Of a stretch of DNA of 64,000 nucleotides, positions 22,546 through 35,307 are shown in pieces (positions within the stretch are counted from its first letter, which is position 1; the number at the start of each line of letters is the position of its first letter). The position numbers and the translations under genes were made by a program. A model generated the notes under the pieces. That model worked only from the letters and a program-made list of their open reading frames with translations. It searched no databases and was not told where the DNA came from. The stretch is from Piromyces finnis finn (lineage: Eukaryota > Fungi > Neocallimastigomycota): contig MCFH01000021.1 of NCBI GenBank assembly GCA_002104945.1, forward strand, positions 434,001 to 498,000, in the 5' to 3' direction.

Positions 22546-24389
22546 AGTAAGATATAAATTATTATAATGTGTAAAATTTATTTTTTTTTTAAAGTGATTT
22601 TTTGAAATTAATATAAAAGTACTTTTTTTTTTTTTTTTTAATTTTGAAAGATACTTGATCTAATTAATGAATATTTCTTTTAATTTATTTATTTGTTTAA
22701 TAGAGAAATACATATTTTAAAAATCTACAATCTTTTTATTTAATTCCTTTTTCTTTTATTTTTATTTTTATATCTTATTTATTTAATATAAATATTTTAA
22801 TTATTTTAATAATTAACTTTATTTCCTATGTTTCAAATTATCTAGTGTCAAATAAGAGACAAACTAGAGGAAAAAAGAAGGAAGAAAATGTTGAAGAAAA
22901 AGAAATAATCAACCCGGATAAAGTTGAAGAAGTTGAAGAAGAATATAATGTAGAAAAAATTCTTGATGTTAAAGTTGAAAAGGTAATTTAATGTTTTCTT
23001 TTTTTTCTTTCTTTATTTTTTAAAAAAGGTTGATGTAATGAATATAATAATGACGAATATAATTAATTATATTAAAAAAAATATGATAATCGAATTATAA
23101 ATTTTAATTTAAAAAACATTGTATCTATAGTAAAATAACCTTAAATTATATTATTTTTAAAAGTGATATAGTTTTTAATTTAAATGATATTTTTTTTTTT
23201 TTTCATCAACGAAATAATTATTTATATAAAAGCAAAATTATAAATTATGTAACAATCAAAATATTTTTCAATATAAAAATTGAAATATAGCAATTTAAAT
23301 AAAATATTAACTTTAATAATATAATAATTATTTTATTTTAATAGGGACAAAAGTTTTTCTTAATTAAATGGGAAGGTTATTCTTCAGATGATAATACCTG
23401 GGAACGTGAAAGTGATTGTGTAAGTATTTTAATAATATATGATATATGACATATCTTTGAAACATTACTAATTTTTAAATTAAATAAATTTTAATAAAAA
23501 GGAATGTAAAGAATTAATTGAAGAATTTTATAATCAAAGAAATGATAAGCAAAAGAATAAGAAGAAAGAAAAAACTTCAAAAAAGGAAGCAATTAAAGTT
23601 GAAGATTCTACTGAAGATAAAAATAATAAGAAAAGAGTATTTATAAAAAATTTTTGTTTTAATATTTTAGTATAATTTAAATAAAAGTTAAGTATTAATT
23701 TGGTAAATGTATATAATATTATAATAAAAAAAGAAATCTCCTGAAAGCTCAGAATCAAAATCAAAACAAAGAAAAGCTAATAAATCTAAGGATGATTCAA
23801 ATGAATTAAAAAAAAAGCAAGCTAATGAAAAAATAGATATTAATAAGAGTAAATCTGAAGATAAAATAGGTAATAAAATAATAAAATAATGATATAAAAA
23901 ATTAAATTATTAATTTTTTCCCCTATTCTTCGATAATTAACATTATATTTAAATTTCTATATATTATTTAATTATTATATAATAATAAACACCTAGAATT
24001 TTACAAGTATTATGTACCTGAAGATAAGCTTCCATATTCAAAGATGAGTAGAGATTCATGGGAAAATTTAATTGACTGTATCGAATCAATTGAAGAATCT
24101 GATGAACCATTAACTAAAAAAGATAAGAATGATATTATAAAACTAAAGGTATACGTCCGCTGGAAGGATGGTGTAAGAAGTGTTCATACTAATCATATCA
24201 CTAATAATAAGTGTCCTAAGAAGGTATAGTTATAATACTAGCTAAAATATTTATTTTATTTATGTATTTTAAATAATAATAAAAAAAAACACTAAATATA
24301 TTTATCATAATAATATTATTAAAATTTAGATGATTGAATTCTATGAAAATCATATTCGTTTTTTAAGAAATCAAAATAATTCAAATTAG
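22546..24389 (+). CDS. HP1/Swi6-like heterochromatin protein (chromodomain, basic hinge, chromoshadow domain)
   Basis: Chromodomain EYNVEKILDVKVEK|GQKFFLIKWEGYSSDDNTWERESDC|ECKELIEEF has the aromatic-cage Y/W/Y. A Lys-rich hinge follows, then the chromoshadow-like SWENLIDCIESIE..KVYVRWKDG..NNKCPKK|MIEFYENHIRF. The start codon appears split by an intron. Confidence 0.88.
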
Positions 24390-24959
24390 AGAAATTCAAA
24401 TAAAGACTTAAATTAAAAATTAAAAATAATATTACAGATGGGCCTAAATATAAATATAGTTTTTATTTTGATTTTTAACTTAGAAAATGAATTTTTATCT
24501 TATAATAAAGTTAATATTTAAAATATAACTTTAAGTAAATTTACATTATTTTATATATTAGCTATTTATATTTATATATTTTGTTTAAGTCACATTATGC
24601 TATGATTTAAAAAATTAAAATATATTTTTTATTATTTTATTTTATTTTATAATTATTATTATTTCTATTATTATTGGTTATTATTTTAATATTCTCTTAT
24701 TTGTAATAAAATCAAATATTTGATTTTAAAATAAATTTAATATTCATATAAACACATATATACATAATTCAAAAAAGCGTGTATTTATTATTATTATTAT
24801 TATTATTATTTATTATTATTATTATTATTTAGTTATTATAGTAGTAATAATAGTAGTAATAGCAATAGGGAAGATAATAATTCTAATTTAGATAGTTGTT
24901 TAATCCGTGGTGAATATTAATGTGTATGATTATTTTAGTGTGTGCAATAAAATATTTAA

Positions 24960-25256
24960 ATTTCTTCTTTGGGTTAACAATATCAGTTCCAATTCAAGGG
25001 AATGGAAAGAACTTTACAAGTGACAGATTTGATCGGGCACTTACGAAGGAACACCATTCTTGACAGTAACAGTGGAACTTCTAATCAAAATCATGCCAGC
25101 AATAGTCAATGCTCAAAAGGTGTGAAGCAACAACCAAAAGCGTCAATGCTGAAGAAACAATAAGACAGGTCAGAGCAACCAATGGAGATCATAATTTTGT
25201 CCTATGTCAAAATTTTGATCTTTGACTCGGTGTCTCATTGGAAGTCAAATACAATT
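24960..25256. ncRNA. Candidate structured non-coding RNA (unassigned family)
   Basis: Hand count gives ~40% GC over 25021-25200 amid very AT-rich flanks. There is no spliceable ORF with host-like codon usage, and several complementary segments are present (e.g. 25187-25199/25208-25220, 25179-25188/25233-25241). Confidence 0.45.
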
Positions 25257-25532
25257 ATTATACTTTAGTATAATAGTAGCTTTCTTACTTTAATTAAAAT
25301 TACTATATAATACTTTATAATACTTTATTCCCAATTTTTATTTTTTTATTTTTATTTTTAATTTTACTTTTTTAAAACATGTATTATAATTTTAATTAAA
25401 TTAATAACCAAATTTTAAAATATTTGATGTCTTAAAAAAATAGTTATTATATTGATTAAATATATTATAATCATTTTTCCAAAATATTTTTATATTTTTT
25501 CAAAAAATGTTTTTAATGATAAGGAAAGTATT

Positions 25533-25565
<33 letters not shown>

Positions 25566-25890
25566 AAGAAAAAAAAAAAGAAAGAAAAAAAGAAAAAAAA
25601 AGATACCTGTGGTTACTTTTTTTTTTTTAATCAATCATTTAAATGTTCGCTACGTTATTTCTTTTTTCTTTTTATTTCTGTAATATTAAACAAATTAATT
25701 AATGTTAAATGATTTTTTTATTATTTTAAAATAATTATTTAAAAACTAAATATCTAAATATGTATACAATTTTTATTGTTATTATTTATTATTTATATAT
25801 TCTAAAATAAAACTCTAGACTTATAAATAAATATCATTTTAGTGGGGTTTTCATAATTTATCATTAAATTTATATTAATTATCAATAATA

Positions 25891-27158
25891 TTATTCAGTC
25901 CAAATACAGATCTTAGAATCCTCACCACCAGTTATAATAAAATTATGCTTTAGAAAAGAAATAAATAAAAATAGAAAAAATTAATGGTATATTCCTTTTT
26001 TTTTTTTTTAATAACTATTTAGACTCTATTCAATACTTACTTCATGGTTCCATGTACATGCTCTAACAATATCTGTATGACTACCTTTCATTAAACCGCA
26101 TAATTGAATAGTAGAAGCGCCAACGTGAAATACACCAATATCACCACTATTAATTTAATTTAATATTCTTATTAATAACTAATTCTTATTTGTAAATATA
26201 TTAAGAAAAAAAGTTTATACAAATAAACAAATAAATAAATAATACATGAATAATTGAACTTACTTTTCACATCCAGCAATCAAGTATAAGCGTTGATTAA
26301 TGTCATCATAATGACAGTCAATGATATAATTAATTGGAAGTTCAGGATGTGATAATAATGGTCTAATATCACCAAATTCATTAACAATATCACCCTAAAT
26401 ATTTATAAATTTATAATAAAAGTATTATTATTTAATTTTTTTTTTTTTACTTTATATTTAAATTATTAAATTAGTAAATATATATATACTTCATCTGAGG
26501 TATACATGGAAAAAGTTTCAATATGACTTAAAGAATATAGGTATTCATATTCTGGTCCAAAGTAACCTAAAGTATTTACTGATTCAGCTGTTATAACGAA
26601 TTGTAATGAGTCATCTTCGTTTAAGGAAGTAACATCAAATAATGATATTAAACCATCAGTAGAACCTTTATTTATTTATTCAAAATATATTTTATACGAA
26701 AATATTAATATAATAATTTAAAATATATGTATATATATTTATATTATAATTTATAATTTACTACACACCAGTTATCATTTTACAGTCTGTGTTTGGTTGG
26801 AAACTAATATTTAAAGTATTAAAATATACAAAGAAAAATTGAAAAAAATAATATTTAAATTTCAATATTCTTTAAAAATAAATATTTGTATAGTTTGAAC
26901 AATATTTACCGAACCTATTATTATATGAATTTAAATGTATAAAATAAAAGTCAATATACATTTATTACTTATTTAACTATAGATTATGAATATAATATTT
27001 ACTTGTGTAATATCATCAGAATGGGAATCTGGGAATTGTGCACATAATTTATCGCCATTAACATCCCTTTAAATTTTAATTAAAATAAATTTTAATATAT
27101 ATATTTAAAAAAGAGTCTTTTTTTGTTTCTATTAAACAATAATAATTAATATATATAA

Positions 27159-27189
<31 letters not shown>

Positions 27190-27709
27190 TGAATTTGTTT
27201 ACCATAAATAAATAATTGCATCTTCTCCGATTAATTCTGTACCCTATAATTTTTTAAAATTGTTAAAATTCAATTATTTATTATTTCTATTGCTACGGTT
27301 GTTGTTGTTGAATCAAAATTATTAATATTTATTAACATACAGCGGCTAAAACAGTTTGAGTAGAATTAACATCAAATGAAAGAATGGCTGAAGGTAAATT
27401 AATAGTTTTTGCTGGTTGTTGTGAAGCTCGAACATCCCAAATATTAATGGTTTTATCTTTTGAAGAAGTTAATAAAGTATTTTGATTGATATATTTAGCT
27501 TCAGTAATGGTGTCTCTATGACCAATTAATTCTTGTAATGGTTGTAAAGTATTGGTATCATAAATATAGATATTTTTATGGGTATTAACTGTAAAGGTGG
27601 TATAATCAATGGTTGGTGCTATACCAATTACATATTGATTATTTTGAGGCAAAGATATACTATTCCTCATTGTGAGTTTTGGACATGAAGCAATTGATAC
27701 ATCAGTCAT
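25891..27709 (-). CDS. WDR89: WD40-repeat protein, WDR89/YNL035C-like, multi-exon
   Basis: WD repeats GHRDTITE..SSKDKTINIWDVR, DSHSDDITQ, ITGSTDGLISLFD and GSHTDIVRACTW..ITGGEDSKICIW*. The HSDDITQ/GSTDGL pair is typical of WDR89. Confidence 0.8.
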
Positions 27710-28934
27710 TTTTATTTAATATTAAATGTGAAACTTTTATAATATAAAGTTGTTGAAAAGTATTAAGATTAATTTTTATTCATAAATATTTAATATATAA
27801 GTAATATTAATTTCATATGACGTTTAAAAAGTTAAATCATTTTTTTAATATAATAATAATATATAAAATTCTGTTAGTTATATTTTTGAGTAGTTCCCAA
27901 TTACTCTTTAATTTTATAAAAATAATAATTTTAGAAAAGAGAATTTTATTATTTTACCTAAATTAAAAAATTATTATATAGACTTTATGTTTTCTAATTT
28001 TATTATGATTTATAATAAATAAATTTTATTCTTTGCTATTTTTATACTATCTTTGATAATTCTTTAAAATAAAAAATATAAAAAAAAAAAAAAAAAAAAA
28101 AGATTAAATTTCGACAAATGAATTATTATTAATTGACTTATATATTTTAACAATATATTATTTATATTATAATTAAATTTCAATTATATTCGTGTAACCA
28201 AAAATATTTGATGTTTTTTGAAATATTTAATATTTTTTATTGGTTTATTTACAGAAATAGAAATAGCTATATTAGAACTATCTTATGTTAAATAATGTGA
28301 ATGATTTTATATATTCCATATACTTAATAATTTAATATAACTCTAAAAAATAAATTCAGTTTTCTTTATATAATAATGAGTATAACTTATTTTAAAATAG
28401 TTTACTACTTTATTGCTTCAATATCTTGTAATGGTTTACTATTTAATTATTTTACATAAAAAAAAAAAGCTTCAATATCTTGTAATAAATTCATATTCAT
28501 TATTATAATAAAGAATAAGTATTTTTACTGTATTTTTACTACGAAAAAATTTTAATATAGAAAAAATTTTAATATATTAAATATAATAAAATAAAGTAGA
28601 AAAATTTCTTTAAACGATTATTAAATATTTAAGGTACAAATATATTAAATAGACATAATAATAATTACAAGATTTGTTAAAATACTAGAAATAATAATAT
28701 TTTCTTGTGGGTTCATTAATATAAATATAAAATAAACTAGTATTTCAACATTATATACAAAATATAAAGCATTTATTATACACATATTTTTTAAAATTTT
28801 TGATAAAATTCATAGTATAAATTTAATATTACTTTCTTATATTAACAAAATAAAAATTTGATGAAATTTAAATAATTAAATATAAATAATAACAAAGCAT
28901 AAAAGAGTATATATATTTTTTTCTTATTTTAAAA

Positions 28935-31020
28935 ATGTCGGAAGAAGAAATACCCATTAAACAAACGCCGAAAAATAATCCATATTATTATAAATTAGAA
29001 AAATTTTATAATGAAAATAGCCCTTTTTATTCACTAGTATGTTTTTTTTATTATTATTATTATTTTCTTTATTATTTAAAAAGATGTTTTATATAAGAGC
29101 AATAATACAAAAAAAAAAATAATTAATAAATAATAATATAATGATAATGATAATGATATTTGTATATATACATTAATTAATTACTAAATGAATATTAATA
29201 AAATATTAATATATAAATTGGTATTTCTTTTATTATACATATGCAATGTTTATTTATTATATGTATATGCTATTTTAAATAAATTAATTTCTAAATAATA
29301 GGGAAATCAAAAAGCATCTAACACGCACACACAACCATTTTCAAATCCAAAATTATGTAATTAATTAATAAAAATGCAATCAAAATCTTTATTAGTATAT
29401 TAAATATATATGTATTAAATTATATCTATTAAATAAAAATAAAAATAATATAATAAAAATAGTTCGTTCAGGTTCATTTTATGATGATGAAACAAGAAAT
29501 AATTCAGTAGAAAATTTGCCGATATATTCACCTTCAAAATCAAATTTTGTAACACCATTTAATGTATGAATCATATTATATATTGTATATTTATAAAAAA
29601 GCTATTATATTATATAATCTTATTAGATATTTTATACTAATTTTTTTTTTTTAACATATTAAACATCCAACATTATTTTAATAAGGAAAAATCAACATCA
29701 GATTATAAATTTTCACTTAAACAATTATACCCTCAACATCAAGAATATTTAATAATAGAAGATTTATTTTATGTTTTATTAGTAAGCTGTTAAATTGACT
29801 ATAATTAAATATTAATATCTAGTAAAAATTATTAAATTTATTTTTAAAAATAAATTGTATGTTTAATTCAATAAATAAAATTTAAGGGGTTTGACGGAGA
29901 GTATATTCATAAAACAAACAATAAAACTTCAAAGAATCTTTTTTTTGATGATTTGACAAATAGTAATGTTAATAATTTTGAAGTTTCTAAAGAACTTGGT
30001 AAATAAGTTTAAATATAATAATGGTTTTATTTATTTAGCATCATTTACATTTATTATTAAACTAAAAAAATATAAAATAATTAACTTATTATTTTTATCA
30101 CTCCAAAAAGATCAATCTTTAAAAGATATAGTATATCGTATATTACCCTTAGCAAATTATTATACGCAAATTGAAAACTTTATTGAAACACATTCCCTAT
30201 TTGAATATGGCCAAATTAATCAAGCATTTTCAGCAGCAATAAGAAGATTATTACAAGTATATATATATATATATTTTTTTTTTGTTTATTAATATTTATA
30301 AAAATATATACATATATTTTTATAGATTTAAATATCTAATCTTAAATGCTTTTTTCAGGAATATCATATATTAATTAATCAATTAGAGCATCAATTTCAT
30401 ACATCAAATTCATTTTCACTTCAAAAATTATGGTATTATATACATCCTCATATTCACACGTTAGCAACATTATCATCACTAATTGAAAAAATTCAAGTAA
30501 AAGAAAGTCCATTTAGTCACCCAGAAAATAAATCTGAACAAGCCAATTCAAGTTCACATGCAGACTTTTTCTTAATAAATAATAAAAATACGGTTTTACC
30601 TAGAGGAGGTGCATTACTTACCATAATTCATAACGATATTTTAGTTTATAGCGGGTATATATATTTTAATATCTACAATTAATATTATAAATATTTTTTT
30701 ATCAAGTAATTATAATAAATTTAATCATTTAAATTTAATTATATATAAGCGATCCAATAACAAAAAAATTATATGAATATTTATTATCCTATGCTTCAGT
30801 GCCATACTTTAAAATATTAAAGAGATGGATATATCATGGTGAAATTAAAGATCCTTCCAATGAATTTATGGTTGAAAAAAAAAATATAAGAAAAGAAAAT
30901 TTACATGAAGAATTTAACGATGTAAGTTTTACTAAAACGTTTCAATCTATAAACTTAAATATATTATTGATAATAATTATTGCTTTTTTTATATACATTG
31001 ATATATTGAATTTTTATTTT

Positions 31021-31064
<44 letters not shown>

Positions 31065-33374
31065 TGTATTGGGAACAATGTTATACTTTAAGAGAAGAAT
31101 CTATTCCCACATTTTTAGCTTCATATAAACATAAAATTTTAGCTGCTGGAAAATATTTAAATGTTATTAGAGAATATAAACGTGAAGAAACAGGTAAATT
31201 ATTAGGATATAACTTTTTAAGCACCAATGAATCTATAGAAAAAGATGGCGTTTTAAGTAAAATACCTTATATGGAAGCTGATGAATTAATGAAAACTATC
31301 GGAGAAGGAAGGTAGATATACATACAAATATCAAATAAATAAATAATCCGAATTAATGGTTATATATATAATTTATTAATTATATCTCCTAAATAATTAA
31401 GATATAAAGTTGAAATTGATCTTGCATATCATTCAGCTAATAAAGCCTTAATTGATTTAATATTTAAAGAACAACATTTAATTGATAGATTAAGGTATAT
31501 CAAAATAAATAAACAAATAAGAAAATAAATAAATAATGATTTAAATAATAATCTAAACTCTAATTAATATATATTAATTAATCAATTAATTAAATAATTA
31601 AACACAAACGACAAATAAACAAATAAAAATAAAAAAAATAAAAAGATCAATAAAGCATTATTTATTCCTTGATCAATCTGACTTCTTAACGCATTTCCTT
31701 GATATAGCATCATCTGAACTAGAAAAACGTTCCAAAGATATTTCTATTACTAAACTCCAATCTCTTTTGGATATTTCTTTACGTAATCCATCCTCAGTTT
31801 CTTCACAAGATCCATATAATGAGAATGTTAGAGTAGAAATGAGTCGCTGTAGTTTAATTGAACAACTTTTAAAAATTAATAGTATTGTAGGTGTTGGTGT
31901 GGAAACTATTCAACAGAGTGTAAAAGATTTAAAAACATACAAACAAAATTGGAATACCTTACGAGATAGTGTTAAAACATTTACTGATAATCATACTTTA
32001 ACAGGTAATTATTAAAAATAGAAATTGAAATAATATATATTGTTAAAATAATATAATATATATAATTCCTTATAATTATTAATATGAATATATATTTCCT
32101 TTATGTTTTTATTTTTTTATTTTATATATATTTTTTTAAACAAAAAAAAAAATAATAATAATAATAATAATAAATAGGTTATGATGCCTTTACATTAAAT
32201 TATTCAGTAAAATTCCCATTAACTTTAATTTTGAATATGACAGCCATGACAAAATATCAATTATTATTTAGACATATCTTTTCTTGTAAATATGTAGAGA
32301 AACGTTTAGCTGAAAGTTGGCTTCTTCAATCTTCTTCCAAAATCAATATATGGAAAGGTCGAAAAGAAAAAAGAACCAAGGATACCCAAACAACTCTTCT
32401 TTCTCTTCGTATTTATTCTTTACGTTCAAAAATGCTCAATTTTGTTCAACAATTTATGTACTATGTTTGTTTTGAAGTTTTAGAGCCAAATTGGGTTTCC
32501 ATGGAGCAAAAAATTAAAAAAGCCACAACAGTAGAGGAAGTGCTAAAAATTCATAGTGATTTTCAAGATACCTGTTTAAAGGAATGTATGCTCACTACAC
32601 CAAATTCATTAAAGGTAAATAAATATATCATATAAATAAAGTAAATTTTTAAATTTCTTTTCTTTAACTAATTATCAAATTATTTCTATTTTTATTTGTT
32701 AAAAAATTTTTAATATTACATTTTTATATTTAATTTATTATTTATCGATATGAAAGATATTTAATGAAATTATGATGACCTGTAAGAAGTTTGTTAAATT
32801 TTTTGAATGGTGTATTAGCGATAACAATAGTAGTACCGCAACAACAACAATAAATAATCTACCTGAAAATATGGACATAGATAGTTTTAGTTATAATAAA
32901 GAAGAATTTAAATCAAAAATTTCTAATCGTTCACAACTCTTGGTTATCTTGAAACATTATGAAGATAACTTTTTATATCATCTTAAAAAATTGATAGATA
33001 TCTTCCATTTCTCTACAGTTGAAAGTTCTATCTTTAGTAGTCTTCTTATCCGTCTTGATTATAATCAATATTATTATCATCTTCAAAGTTTATCCATCGG
33101 ACCTTCTACTCTTAATATGAATCTCGGTCATTCTAGTGAAACCAAACATGGAAGTAAAAGAACAGAGGATCAAAAAGATGATGAAGAAGAAGAAGATGAT
33201 GATGATGATGATGATAATGATGATGAAAAAATGGATTCTGTAATGGAATATCGAGAAGATGATGATATAGAAATGGATTTAAATCAATATTCTTCCAACC
33301 CATCTATGAATGATATAGATGGTGATGATGATGATGGTGATGATATTGATGAAGATGCAAATGAGTTTGAATAA
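28935..33374 (+). CDS. SPC97: Gamma-tubulin complex component 2 (GCP2/Spc97/Alp4), multi-exon
   Basis: QEYLIIEDLFYVLL|GFDGEYI, LKDIVYRILPLANYYTQIENFIETHSLFEYGQINQAFSAAIRRLLQEYHILINQLEHQF, SLQKLWYYI, KILAAGKYLNVIRE, KHYLFLDQSDFLTHFLD, YQLLFRHIFSCKYVEKRL, HSDFQDTCLKECML; acidic tail. Confidence 0.9.
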
Positions 33375-33463
33375 TAATGAATAGTAATGACAAAGTTTCA
33401 AAAAAAAAAAAAAAGTATATTTTATATATTTGAATCAAAATAATATATATAATAAATAAACAA

Positions 33464-33519
<56 letters not shown>

Positions 33520-33887
33520 GTCAAAGCTTTTTAAATTTTTGTGTATATCAAAAATATCTAAAATAATAAATCCTTTCAATAAATTTTATAGTTATAAAAT
33601 GATTTTTATATTAATTGTTTTATTTATATTTGTTTGCTTATGTTGCCTTTATTTTATTTAATTTTAGGTATATATAAGAATTATCTTTTATTTTTTATTA
33701 TTGTTGTTATTGTTGCTGTTGATACAACTGGTTGTTGTTATGATTATAAAACAAGAATTTGAATTTGCGTATAAATAATAATATATTTTATATTTTATTA
33801 CATAAATTTTGCAGAGAGTGTCTATTAGGCATATATAATTAAGAAGTATTCTTTTTGATACGGAAATGAGAGGAAAGAGAGTTTTAT

Positions 33888-34342
33888 TTATTGTTGTTTA
33901 GCATACATATTAACATACATTTGAATTAAAGATTTATAACCTAATTCATCACCACAACGTAAAAGATTAGCAGCATCACAATTTAATGGACTACTTGGTT
34001 CTGGTTGAGTTAATAAGACACAAATAGCCATACAAGCAGATTGTAAAGTCCAAGCCGGTGACCATTCTGTTTTCAATAAATCAAGACAAATTTCACCAGT
34101 CTTTTTAATTATAATTTTTGTATAAGTAATTGTAAAGGTTTAATGTCAATGGAAAGATTTATATATATATATAAGTATTAACTAAAAACCTTAATAACTA
34201 AATGGATCAATTTCTTTTACCTTAAAATGAACATTTGGATGACAAATTTTAGTAACAAAACGAATTTTTGGTGGTTGGATTGGATAAGTTTTTGGTACAG
34301 AAATAGCAAGTTCAAATCTTCCACCTTATTTTTTATTTATTT

Positions 34343-34417
<75 letters not shown>

Positions 34418-35307
34418 TTATATTACATAAGATTTCAAAATTGCTATTTATATTTTATTCGCAATTCTACTATTTAAATATATAGTATTATTTGTATTAT
34501 TATTTAATACCTTTGTAATAAGAATCTTCTTGACCTAAAATAACAGCTTTCCATTCTAATAAATCATCATCACTAATTGGATGAAGCTCTGGAATTTGTT
34601 CATTTGGTGAATTTTGAATATTTTTTATCTAAATGATTCCATAATATAATTTATAATAAAATAATATAAAAAATTAAATATTAAATCTTGTATTAAATTA
34701 TTGATTTTTGAAATGTGATTTTAAAATGCAGATTTCGGATTTAAATATAAAAAAAAAAAAAAAAAAAAAAAAAATATTAATTCATTGTATGTTAAATAAG
34801 GCAAAATTGTAAATCTAATAAATTTCTTAAATCTTTATGCTAAAATAAAAGGCTTAACATATATAAGTATGTGCAATTATAAGAGTTAATGTTACTAATT
34901 TTCCTTTGAATTATAATGTTATCCTTATAATAATATAATAATAAAGATTATATTATATCTGGCTGTATATCAAAAAACAGTAATGTTTGAAATATTATTT
35001 CAATAATATCAATTTAATAAATTATTGAAAGATAACGATATATTATATTTTAATCTTCATATAAAATATTTTTATGAAAAATTCATTTTTTTATTTAATT
35101 ATTTTTTTTCCATACATTTTCTCAAAAATTATTAAAAAACATTCTACCGTTAGCATTCGTTTCTTACCTCTTTAATTAATCTAAAATAGAAAAAAATAAT
35201 AATAATAAAATAAAAAAAAGATTTAGAAAATTATAGTAAATAAAAATATATATATTAATAGCTTGATTGTCATTTAGATATTATTACCTTTTTGTAACAG
35301 TATCCAT
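33888..35307 (-). CDS. PEX4: Ubiquitin-conjugating enzyme E2, PEX4/Ubc10 (peroxisomal) type, 5 exons
   Basis: MDTVTKR|LIKE|IKNIQN..DDLLEWKAVILGQEDSYYK|GGRFELAISVPKTYPIQPPKIRFVTKICHPNVHFK|TGEICLDLLKTEWSPAWTLQSACMAICVLLTQPEPSSPLNCDAANLLRCGD. The HPNVHFKTGEICLD and SPLNCDxxNLLRxGD motifs are characteristic of Pex4. Confidence 0.8.
34335..34417. repeat. (TTTA)n tetranucleotide microsatellite in a PEX4 intron
   Basis: Directly visible. Confidence 0.9.

Noticed and set aside
24966-24982. TTTGGGTTAA / TTAACCCAAA as a telomerase template
   Set aside because: It lacks the 1.5-repeat periodicity of a CUAACCCUAA-type template and is not placed upstream of an evident pseudoknot on that strand.
25003-25162. 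53-codon + strand ORF (MERTLQVTDLIGHLRRNT...) in the GC island
   Set aside because: It uses codons rare in the flanking genes (GGG, CGA, AGG, GTG, GCG, CTG), has no splice partners and no recognisable motif. It cannot be fully excluded without ribosome profiling.
25072-25250. RNase P/MRP interpretation (GGAACUUC as CR-I pairing with AUUGGAAGU)
   Set aside because: There is no bulged-U P4 geometry and no ACnnRAnnnnGnnUA-type CR-V. Kept only as an unassigned RNA candidate.
20290-25712. Poly-Lys/Phe ORFs at 20290-20475 and 25452-25712
   Set aside because: Translations of homopolymer tracts with no coding signal.
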